IMG/VR virus record: IMGVR_UViG_3300045971_000344
Location: 1 to 64,000 of that record
Strand: one strand, 5' to 3'
DNA length: 64,000 nucleotides
The position numbers and the translations under genes are program-made. This document shows positions 50,586 through 58,981 of this stretch, piece after piece. Position 1 is the first letter of the stretch; each line of letters opens with the position of its first letter. Under the pieces are notes generated by a model that was not told where the DNA came from, ran no database searches, and saw only the letters and a list, made by a program, of their open reading frames with translations.

Positions 50586-51236
50586 ATGAAAAAGGACAAG
50601 AAGGAAAAGGCAGTTGAAGTTGAGGTTAAGGAAGTAAAGAGTAAGGATAAGAAGAAAGACAAAACACCGAAGTCGGAGAAAACTCCAAAGTCTGAAAAAG
50701 CTCCGAAGGCAGACAAAGAGCCAAAGGCAGAAAAGGCACCGAAGGCAGACAAGTGCGAAGTTAAGAAAGACGCTTGCCTGGCAGCAGCTGTAAAGGTTTC
50801 GGACCTTGAAAAGCTGGCAAAGAAAATCGAGAAGGACTACGTTGCCCCTAAGAAGGCTGACAAAAAGGTTATTCTCGCAGGCGTAACCGAGGCGTTTAAC
50901 ACTGCAGTTGGCGAACTTGTTACTAAAGAGTTTTTGAAGATCGTTAAACATTCAAAGCTTCCTCTGGTAGCAAATGCGGTTAAGGCCTTAACAGCCAAGC
51001 TCGAAGTAAAGACCGAAAAAGAAGTAAAGGTCGACAAGTCCGAAAAAGCCCCTAAGGTAGACAAAGCTGAAAAGGCCGATAAAAAGGACAAAAAGAAAGA
51101 CAAGAAAGACAAAAAGGTAGTAGCCCCTAAAGAAGGAAAGGTTGAGAAAGCTCCGAAGGCCGAGAAGGCTGAAAAATTGGCTAAGGTAGACAAAGCTGAT
51201 AAGAAAGACAAAAAGAACAAAAAGAAAGATAAGTAA
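50586..51236 (+). CDS. Lys-rich histone H1-like protein (EKAPKADK repeats)
   Basis: Repeats flank a short globular core; AAGGAG before ATG 50586. Confidence 0.65.
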   Translation: MKKDKKEKAVEVEVKEVKSKDKKKDKTPKSEKTPKSEKAPKADKEPKAEKAPKADKCEVKKDACLAAAVKVSDLEKLAKKIEKDYVAPKKADKKVILAGVTEAFNTAVGELVTKEFLKIVKHSKLPLVANAVKALTAKLEVKTEKEVKVDKSEKAPKVDKAEKADKKDKKKDKKDKKVVAPKEGKVEKAPKAEKAEKLAKVDKADKKDKKNKKKDK

Positions 51237-51324
51237 TCGTCTGTCTGAGTGAAGAGTGTGTATTGGGCGACCCCTGCGTAGTGGAGTGACAGTCGGGAGA
51301 GACCGACTTAGTTACGAATAACTT
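51231..51324 (+). ncRNA. Candidate structured cis-regulatory RNA with K-turn-like tandem GA motif
   Basis: CTGTC/GACAG stem, TGAAG...TGGAG, TGTGTA/TGCGTA stem, AGTCGG/CCGACT hairpin, outer stem next to the SD. Confidence 0.4.
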
Positions 51325-51334
51325 GGAGGTACCC

Positions 51335-52099
51335 ATGGTAGCTAAATTAGTAACCTCAATCTCAGATCGAGAATTGATGGTTAATTTTATCAGACAGGAC
51401 TTTTATAGAGACAAATTTGTATTGGCTTTAATTTCAGGAAACACTGCGGAGTATTCAAGTAAAAGTATACTTCTTTTTGATGATCTAAAAACCTTGAAGG
51501 ACAGTGCAAAAGAAATAAAAAATGTAAATGATAATATGTCATACGTTGCCTATGCGTATGGCATAGAAATCGGGTCTGACAGCTGGATGGATGAAAACAT
51601 AAGCGAAGAAATGCTTAAGTTAAATAAGGCCCCTGTTTGGATTGATATACAAAGAACCGCCACTAAGATACCTGTAATAGGAGTAGGTGGAGGAGCGATG
51701 GCGAATCTGTTCTCTTGTCGCTATGTATTGACTCCAAAGAAAACGCTGAAGCGAGCACTGTTTATTAGACACGCAGGTGACCTTTGCAACTCTAAAAATC
51801 AGGCTTTAGTTCCAGTTATGTGCAATGATCTTATAGTAGATGTTTCTGGAATGAAACCGTTTGATTTAAACAATCCGGACATTACCATTAAGCTTTATCG
51901 GGTAGCAACTATCCATGAAATGAAATTAGAATGTGAAGATGTGTCGGAAAAACTTGATGGGTCCTGTATAATACAAAAAGTAGTGGAAGGTGCCCATACC
52001 TATCATAATAGGGATGGTTCATACTTCTGTTCGGAGTTGAAGGTAAAAAATAAGAAGGAGGGGGTTCCAGAGCAAGACGAAGATACACAACAAGAGTAA
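51335..52099 (+). CDS. Hypothetical protein
   Basis: ORF with GGAGG RBS. Confidence 0.65.
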   Translation: MVAKLVTSISDRELMVNFIRQDFYRDKFVLALISGNTAEYSSKSILLFDDLKTLKDSAKEIKNVNDNMSYVAYAYGIEIGSDSWMDENISEEMLKLNKAPVWIDIQRTATKIPVIGVGGGAMANLFSCRYVLTPKKTLKRALFIRHAGDLCNSKNQALVPVMCNDLIVDVSGMKPFDLNNPDITIKLYRVATIHEMKLECEDVSEKLDGSCIIQKVVEGAHTYHNRDGSYFCSELKVKNKKEGVPEQDEDTQQE

Positions 52100-52112
52100 G
52101 TGTAAAGAAGGA

Positions 52113-52128
52113 AACTGTAAATTATTAT
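52113..52128 (+). promoter_or_regulatory. AACTGTAAAT motif copy
   Basis: AACTGTAAATTATTAT in the intergenic region. Confidence 0.55.
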
Positions 52129-52206
52129 CAGTAGCAGCCATCGCAGTAGAAGCAACTATCAAACTCAGCCAAGTCTGAGTAAAACCCAGAAAGGAAGACA
52201 ATCACC

Positions 52207-53154
52207 ATGGCAAAAGAAACTAAAGAAGAAAAAGCAGCACGTTTGGCCAAAGAAGCAAAACTCGCAGAGCGCGCCCGTAAGAAGGCTGAAAAAGAAGCCG
52301 CAGCTAAACAGGCCGCCAAAGAAGCAGAGAAGGCTCGCAAGAAGGCTGAGAAGGAAGCAGCTTCTAAAAAGCCTGCGAAAGCTGAAAAGCCTGCTAAGTC
52401 AGAAAAGGCACCCAAAGCAGGTAAAGGTAAGGCAGCGAAAGCAGAAAACAATGCAACTGTTCTGGTCCAGGCACGAACCGTGCGTGAACTCACAGGAACA
52501 ATCGCTTCAATCACCGGCGAAGAGATTCAGCTTATTCACAAAATGCCGAGGTCTTCAAAAGCTGTTCTCCGTACAATCGCTATCGCCGATGTACTGTTCT
52601 TTAAAGGTGAAGAAGGTTCCTACGGTGAAGTTTCTTTCTACGGTAACGAAGTTCTGGTCGATGATAAAGGTATTAGCGGCAAAGACAAGACTACGGGGTT
52701 TGTTACTGTCACTAACAGAAACGGCGAAGTTATCGCCATCAACCCTGATCAGCCAGAAGGTTCTGATTCAGAAATCCTCGTTCTGGTAGACGAAGAGATT
52801 GCAAAGCGTCCTAAGAAAGAAAAGGGCGAAAAAGAAGAGAAATCCGGTAAGGGCCGTAAGGCAAAAGACGAGGACGAAGATGAGGACGAGGACGAGGATG
52901 ATGAAAAACCTAAGCGTGGCCGTAAGCCTGGTAAGCCCGTAGAGGATGATGAGGATGATGAGGATGAAGAAGATGAAGATGATGATGATGAAGATGAGGA
53001 TGAAGATGAGGATGAAGATGATGATGATGAAGATGATGATGATGATGATGAAGACGAAGATGATGAGGATGATGATGAAGATGAGGATGAAGATGAGGAT
53101 GAAGATGAGGATGAAGATGAGGATGAAGATGAAGATGAAGATGATGACGACTAG
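52207..53154 (+). CDS. Protein with Lys/Ala-rich N-terminus, beta-rich core and ~70-residue Asp/Glu tail
   Basis: Translation; GAT/GAG/GAA repeat tract about 52870-53151. Confidence 0.7.
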   Translation: MAKETKEEKAARLAKEAKLAERARKKAEKEAAAKQAAKEAEKARKKAEKEAASKKPAKAEKPAKSEKAPKAGKGKAAKAENNATVLVQARTVRELTGTIASITGEEIQLIHKMPRSSKAVLRTIAIADVLFFKGEEGSYGEVSFYGNEVLVDDKGISGKDKTTGFVTVTNRNGEVIAINPDQPEGSDSEILVLVDEEIAKRPKKEKGEKEEKSGKGRKAKDEDEDEDEDEDDEKPKRGRKPGKPVEDDEDDEDEEDEDDDDEDEDEDEDEDDDDEDDDDDDEDEDDEDDDEDEDEDEDEDEDEDEDEDEDEDDDD

Positions 53155-53209
53155 TCATTAGCTTAATCTGAAGACGAGGATGATGACGAAGAGGAATTTC
53201 ATTTAGCCT

Positions 53210-53490
53210 GAACTTACCAGGTAGTATCTGAGTTATAGTAAGTCAGCTCTTTATCAGAGTTGTCGAGAAGCTCAGGTGCTGTATAGAGACGAAATAGATA
53301 GGACAGTGAAATGTACCACAGTGTTTAAGCCCTTAGCGGCAGTCCCGACCGGTATCCGGTCATTGCCATCCCCCGAATTGAACAGCGTAAGATAGCTGTT
53401 AGTTCTTCGCCCACAGATGTTATGCCATGTGGGCGCCGTCGGCGCGTAGGGAGTCGCTTGCTTTTACACACATCGCCCGGTACAACTAGC
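53210..53490 (+). ncRNA. Structured RNA with collinear similarity to the 16S rRNA head (about nt 976-1240)
   Basis: GAACTTACCAGGT, TCAGAG, CAGGTGCTG, GTGAAATGT, TTAAGCCC, TATCC..TTGCCA, GATG, TACACAC..TACAA in rRNA order and near-rRNA spacing; many hairpins; no ORF. Confidence 0.55.
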
Positions 53491-53494
53491 CGAC

Positions 53495-53593
53495 AAGTTA
53501 TAATTGTCCGTTTAGGATAGTGCGGAGACTATGAAGCTGTGGCGCCAGCAGCGGTGGAGTCACCCTTGAAATACGCACCGGAAATTATAATTT
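53495..53593 (+). ncRNA. 23S rRNA L1-stalk (H76-H78) mimic
   Basis: Ungapped match to recalled E. coli 23S 2113-2178 with compensatory pairs; 15-bp closing stem 53495-53510/53579-53593. Confidence 0.85.
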
Positions 53594-53629
53594 CTATTTC
53601 GTTTTCTAAAATCTTAGGAGTGATGAGCC

Positions 53630-54175
53630 ATGAGAACAAAAACCTTAAAAGTAATAATACGAAATGCCATAGCTATGGCTTCAAGTCCTTTTGAATGTGT
53701 AAAGTATATCGCTCGTGAGTTGGAAGAAAATAATGTAGAGTACTGCGTTATCGGGGGAGTAGCACTTTCAACTTATAACTACGAAAGAAATACTAATGAC
53801 GTAGATCTATTGGTATCTAAAGAAGGCTTTAGTATAATAAAAAATAACTTTATTGGTCGTGGGTATACGCTTAGACCAGGTTCAACAAAAAACCTTAATT
53901 ATTTAGCTCCTTCTGGTAAAGTACCTATTGATATACTTGTAGAGGGAGACCGAGAGGGAACAATTGTTCTACCCAAACCAAAAGGTATACGAGAAAAACG
54001 TGGTGGTATATGGTACTTAACCTTACCCAAACTCATTGAGTTTAAGTTAAACGCTAATAGACCGGAGGACAGACAAGACGTACTGAAATTAATAAAGTTA
54101 AATGACTTGGGTCCCGAATTGGTTCAGGCAATTGAAGGCCCTGCTAGTATAAAATACTTAGAGTTGTTGGGTTGA
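53630..54175 (+). CDS. Minimal nucleotidyltransferase (Pol-beta superfamily)
   Basis: YCVIGGVAL...RNTNDVDLLV...IDIL...LIEFKL..RPEDRQDV. Confidence 0.8.
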   Translation: MRTKTLKVIIRNAIAMASSPFECVKYIARELEENNVEYCVIGGVALSTYNYERNTNDVDLLVSKEGFSIIKNNFIGRGYTLRPGSTKNLNYLAPSGKVPIDILVEGDREGTIVLPKPKGIREKRGGIWYLTLPKLIEFKLNANRPEDRQDVLKLIKLNDLGPELVQAIEGPASIKYLELLG

Positions 54176-54185
54176 TAACGCTAAT

Positions 54186-54272
54186 GGGCGAGTAGTCGAA
54201 TGGCATAGACAAAGGATTTAAAATCCTTGGCCCGTAAGGGAGTGATGGGTTCAAGTCCCTCCTCGCCCACCA
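54186..54272 (+). tRNA. tRNA-Leu (anticodon UAA), CCA encoded
   Basis: GGGCGAG/CTCGCCC acceptor stem, AAGGA-TTTAAAA-TCCTT anticodon arm, long variable arm, GTTCAAGT T-loop, ACCA end. Confidence 0.95.
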
Positions 54273-54295
54273 TAAAATAAATGTCCGTCAAGAAT

Positions 54296-54324
54296 TTGAC
54301 ATTTAATATCAGCTATGTTATAAT
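54296..54324 (+). promoter_or_regulatory. sigma70 consensus promoter
   Basis: TTGACA-17-TATAAT; leader similar to that of the 42661 promoter. Confidence 0.88.
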
Positions 54325-54384
54325 GAATTATGGGGAATACTCCGGAGGAACTCACATTAAAATTAATGAAAGGGGGTGAATTGA

Positions 54385-54879
54385 ATGAAAATGTTAAAAG
54401 TTATAATCGAAGAAATAAGAGTTGCAGTTAATTCCTCCGACCTCTCCGATGAAGAAAAGTACCAAAGAGTGCTATCTTCGGCTATGCCAATTTCAGCCGC
54501 AAAATTTAAGATTATTGCTCAGTCAGAAGCTTTGATCTTGCACGTAGCAAAAAGAAAGTTATTTCCGCAAGACATTCATAATTGGGAAAAAGATATTGCA
54601 ACAAAAATGCTGGAAAGAATTTCCAGAATAAAATCAGATTTAGATAATTCTGATATAAAGAACTTATTGCTGGAAGGTAAAAATGAAGACCACGAAATGT
54701 TGGATTATTTAGAAGATGCAGTTGAAGCAGTTACAAAGAAGAATAAAAAAGCAAAGCCGATTCAATTTACAGAACAGCAGTTGTTACAAACCTGGACAAC
54801 CTTTGTAGAACTATTTATACAAAATTATGAACAAGGATCACATTATACGGAACACCAGGTCAGAGCCTGGTTACAATAA
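54385..54879 (+). CDS. Hypothetical protein, paralog of 43642..44172
   Basis: Direct sequence comparison. Confidence 0.6.
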   Translation: MKMLKVIIEEIRVAVNSSDLSDEEKYQRVLSSAMPISAAKFKIIAQSEALILHVAKRKLFPQDIHNWEKDIATKMLERISRIKSDLDNSDIKNLLLEGKNEDHEMLDYLEDAVEAVTKKNKKAKPIQFTEQQLLQTWTTFVELFIQNYEQGSHYTEHQVRAWLQ

Positions 54880-54939
54880 TTAAATAACCCGCAAACCACC
54901 CCAACGGCGCTCTAAAAGGTCAACGGAAAGGATCGCATC

Positions 54940-55656
54940 ATGAAAACAAAGTCAATATCGTACCAGAAAGCAATCTCGCTTTTAAAAGCCCACCTTGAGA
55001 CTTCCCTTCAGCATATAACGTCACTCAATCCAGAGTGTACGTTGCTCAACGCCACAAAATCCTATCTTAGCAATAAAAATGAAATCCTACTTAGTAGTGG
55101 AGCAAAGCTCTATTACAACCCCGAGTTTCCTGAACCTTGGTTTATCGGAGGGTATTCAGGTGACGGATCCGATGTAGACTGCTATTTCGATAGGTCTATA
55201 ATGAACCGGTTAATAAAATTCCATAGCATCTGTCCCTCATGCAACCCCGTAGTTAAACAGAAAATAAAGCTCCGAAAACTCCTTAAAGATTTTTTGGAGT
55301 CAGATATCAGATGCACCTGGATCAGAACAGGTAAAGTATCAGTGTATATTCGTAAGAGTTGGAGGTCGTTTAATGGAGAGCAGTCCTCTGTTAATAAAGG
55401 GCTTATCTCTAATTGCTTTGATATTGCAAATATACAAATCCACCCGTCCCTTAGAAACCTGGGCATCTTTAAGTCCTTCATGCAGATCGTAGATGAAGAG
55501 GTAAGGTCTACGGAAACCGGAGTGTATATCCTTATCGAGAACATTGAAAACAAGTTCCTAAAGAATTGGTGCATAAATAATAACTGGAAAAAAGTATCAT
55601 CCGAGTATGATGAAGTAAGTTACTACAAACCCATGGAAAGGAGAAGCGTATTATGA
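54940..55656 (+). CDS. Protein with C-terminal GNAT-like acetyltransferase domain
   Basis: FDIANIQIHPSLRNLGIFK (motif A-like), ILIENIENKFLKNW. Confidence 0.6.
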   Translation: MKTKSISYQKAISLLKAHLETSLQHITSLNPECTLLNATKSYLSNKNEILLSSGAKLYYNPEFPEPWFIGGYSGDGSDVDCYFDRSIMNRLIKFHSICPSCNPVVKQKIKLRKLLKDFLESDIRCTWIRTGKVSVYIRKSWRSFNGEQSSVNKGLISNCFDIANIQIHPSLRNLGIFKSFMQIVDEEVRSTETGVYILIENIENKFLKNWCINNNWKKVSSEYDEVSYYKPMERRSVL

Positions 55657-58209
55657 TTGAGTCGTATATTAAGTCCAACACTGTAGAACGAAAGACCTGT
55701 CTTGGTGAGGAGGCTAGTGATTGGGGACAAATGTCTTTGGAGACAGTCCGGGCGTTAGTCTCAGTAGGTATTCCCCTTGGATTCAATTTTTCTTTCAGCA
55801 AAATCTATGAAGGTCCAAATGATGACTATGAACCGGTTGTCATAACAGCATTGGGTGACAACCTTTTTGTTTATCCAGAATATCCGGGCGATGACAGAGA
55901 AGAGGCGATGGCAGGATTCTGGGGCGCAGTAGATGCCTACAAAAACAATCAAAAACAGATAATATCAGATATCTGTGCTGATGTGGTTGACGAGTGGAAC
56001 AATACTCGAAAAGGGAACAGGCGTAATAACCGGGTCGGTCTAATTAGTCTGGCCGGAAAAGCAAAACATACCCGAATAATTTCTGATTGGCTGGCAACAT
56101 TTACCTCTGGTATGACTATAAGTGAGGCATGTGCAGTAATTTCAACTAATCCTGCAATTGTTAAGAAACTAGAGGATGTACGCGATACTGTTAGACTGAA
56201 TATCTGTGAAAAGAGTTTATTTAATCTTGAAGGAGAGAGACGTAGTACAACAGGAGATAGGAGGAAAAAATGACTGGAACTTTATCCGCGCTAGGACAAA
56301 ATGATTCTCTTATAATTCCAGAATTGACGGAATTAGAAAAAGAATTGGACTTAGACTTTGTAAAGATCAAGCGTAGGTGTAGCGATGCAATGTGGAAAAC
56401 TGATGATACTACTATTATCCTATTTATAGCAAAGTTGTTAAGGGTAAAATTACAATAACCTGGAGGAAGCATCTATGAAGACGTCGCATGAGCAACATAA
56501 AGGGATGAAGATCGCATTACTTGATGGACGTTCAGGTAAGGTTGTAAAGGTATTGCCAGACCGTTATAAAATAAAGATCGCAGATGAGCAATTTTGGATA
56601 AGTATAAAAGATATAAAATGGACAAAGACAAACAAGCTATTTCAGACAGAAACGGACTACACGGGTAAACTTTGTGTACTTCAAAGTAGCGGAGTTGCAA
56701 ATGGAACAATAGTTAAGATCCAAAAGAAGGAATCAGACGGGTGGAGGTTTCATTATTCCACAGGTTGTGGGGGAGTAACCCACGGGTGTAATCTAAAGCC
56801 GATAGAAAAAGGCAATGGCTCTATTCGGATGACAGCAGAAGGTCAGTGTATCTGTGACTGTTGTGGAGCAACGTTTGAGCAAGAACAGATGCAGTTGTAC
56901 TTCATCCGAAATTCCGATGGACCTAAAAACGGTGTTGTCTGTAATATTTGTAATAAATTTATTCATCCGTTTTTGGTATTCAATTCTTCATACAACCTCG
57001 AATTGGATGTTGTTCTACCCACGACTCCAGGTTCGCACCCTATCCGGACATTTGATGTAAAGAACTTAAAAGAACTGAATGACCGGGTTAGGACCAAATT
57101 AGAGACCCTGTCAAAGGACTTGGATTTGGTAATAATAGAGTCGCATAAACAGGTCCGTCCTACTGCAATGGAGTACAAAGTTCTGGTTAAGTTACATTCT
57201 GATGTTGAGCCAAAATTAAACTCTCAAGGTAAGACCACTAAGAAAGGAAAATGATATGGGACAACAAAGGTCACAGAATAAATCCGATAAAGTGGTTTGG
57301 GTTTGTTGTATCTGCGGGGCCAACCCAGACACCTTTTCTTGTAAGCACAAAAATTTAGGCCCATCTGGAATGGTTAGTGAGATCGATTACAAGAAGGTCC
57401 AAAAAATGATTGAGGACCAAAAAATTAGAACAGAAAATCAACTAAAAATATTAAGAAAATAATAGGGGAATCTTACTTATGAAAGTAGCATACTGTCCAA
57501 AATGTAAAGACCTGTTTAAACTGATTTTTGATGTCCGTTCATGCCGTTGCGGAGAGTCAAGTGGTGTCCTAATGCAGGATAAAATGTCCGTCCAGATAAA
57601 CGGACCTACAAAGGTAATTGGTATTGAGGACCGAAGTTTCTTTGAGGCAGTAAATAAGCAACCTAAAAGCGGTAGCGGGAAGGACTTTAAGGCCTTTGTT
57701 TTGCCCATTGAAAACAAAAGCGTTAGGGCAATTATTCCAAATCCAGCGCCGGCCCAAGCAGTTCCAGCTTCAACTCCAATTATAGAAGATTTGATAAGTG
57801 TAGATATCGAGGTTAAAAAAGAAGATAATGAGTTAAAAGGAGAATGACCATGAATACTAATAAGGACCCTCAAGCGAGAGCACACAACCTGGAGAAGGTT
57901 AGAGAAATGATGACGGTTCCTCCAAATGAAGATGTTACTGTTACTCAAAAGGTTCATCGGATAATGATTACCCGATTGAGCTTACAAGGGTTGCAACCTA
58001 AAATAGATGTATTGAACAGTACGCCCTTGTGCACTGGGTGGATGGTTTTTCTTAACAAGGCCGGCACATTGGCTCATATTATGCACGCTGAAGATGTTGT
58101 GGACGGGTCTTACATACGGATGAAAATTCCGAGCGGAGTGGCGGGTGCGCATGAGGAATTCATGCGTCGCTGGTTTTATAACCGTATGGTTCATCGCTAC
58201 GTTATTTAA
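55653..58209 (+). other. Run of hypothetical CDS (55653..56273, 56270..56458, 56475..57254, 57256..57462, 57479..57847, 57844..58209)
   Basis: Coupled ORFs with RBS. Confidence 0.6.
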
Positions 58210-58226
58210 AAAAAGAGAGGGTTATC

Positions 58227-58856
58227 ATGGAAATCTTAAATTCGGAATACCTGAGAGTGGCAGACATTGAAATGGTCGATGAAGAGAAAAGAATTATAGT
58301 CCTGTCTAAACAAAGTGCGGATAAATTTCCACATCGAATTAGCTTTGATGAAAAATTTTGGTCATTTTATAATTATCTACCAATAACACAAGAAGAAGGT
58401 CTTGAATATTTGACAAAAGCAAGCTATAGGTTATCAACTGTTCAAGATACATCAACCGAAGATGATCTTACTACTCTTGTTATTTCTAAGGGTACGCAAT
58501 ATTTCCTCGTTGGATCCATGTTTGCTAATGGCACAATAGATATGTTGCCTGAATTTCTCAAACGGAAGTACTGGTATAATGGGTATCTGAGAACACACTC
58601 TGGTTACAATGCTGTATTTGACCAAGTTCAAGTCGGAGATCGACTTGCGGTTAAGCGTTTGAACGGTCAAGCTGCAAAGGATATGCGGATCCTGGCATTA
58701 GGAATTGTTACAGACATAGACGATGATGGAATAACCTTATATGTAAACTGGATAATTCAGTTCAACCAAAAGGTTGTACCAATGGCAGGTTGTACTGGAA
58801 CTATAATCGGACCTATGGCTAAATCATCCGCAAGAGCCGAAATTTTTAGCATTTAA
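58227..58856 (+). CDS. Hypothetical protein with possible EVE/PUA-like C-terminal domain
   Basis: YFLVGS...YWYNGY...VGDRLAVK...ILALGIV...VNW. Confidence 0.4.
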   Translation: MEILNSEYLRVADIEMVDEEKRIIVLSKQSADKFPHRISFDEKFWSFYNYLPITQEEGLEYLTKASYRLSTVQDTSTEDDLTTLVISKGTQYFLVGSMFANGTIDMLPEFLKRKYWYNGYLRTHSGYNAVFDQVQVGDRLAVKRLNGQAAKDMRILALGIVTDIDDDGITLYVNWIIQFNQKVVPMAGCTGTIIGPMAKSSARAEIFSI

Positions 58857-58981
58857 AGGAGATAAAATGGTATATACTTATGTAGTTTACTCTTTGGCTT
58901 TTCATAAAATAGTAACAATCCAAACAATAGCTATAATATTTTTAGACTTAAGCATTCCATACTAAGATAACTGGAGGTTTT

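Noticed and set aside
52910-53161. Poly-His and poly-Met ORFs over the acidic tail
   Set aside because: Same repeat-shadow artefact
53444-53452. TPP riboswitch 3' motif GCGTAGGGA; also tmRNA/RNase P for this region
   Set aside because: No CTGAGA-ATACCC core, no tRNA-like ends or tag ORF, no RNase P P4 signature
53461-53485. Match to 16S nt 1390-1410 (TACACAC-CGCCCG)
   Set aside because: Locally good, but collinearity favours the 1224-1239 TACACAC copy; cannot be resolved by eye, so it is not claimed
53210-53593. Genuine rRNA gene or host rRNA contamination
   Set aside because: Far too short and divergent, 16S-like and 23S-like parts are directly joined, H76 is replaced by phage-like AT-rich sequence, and flanks are phage genes
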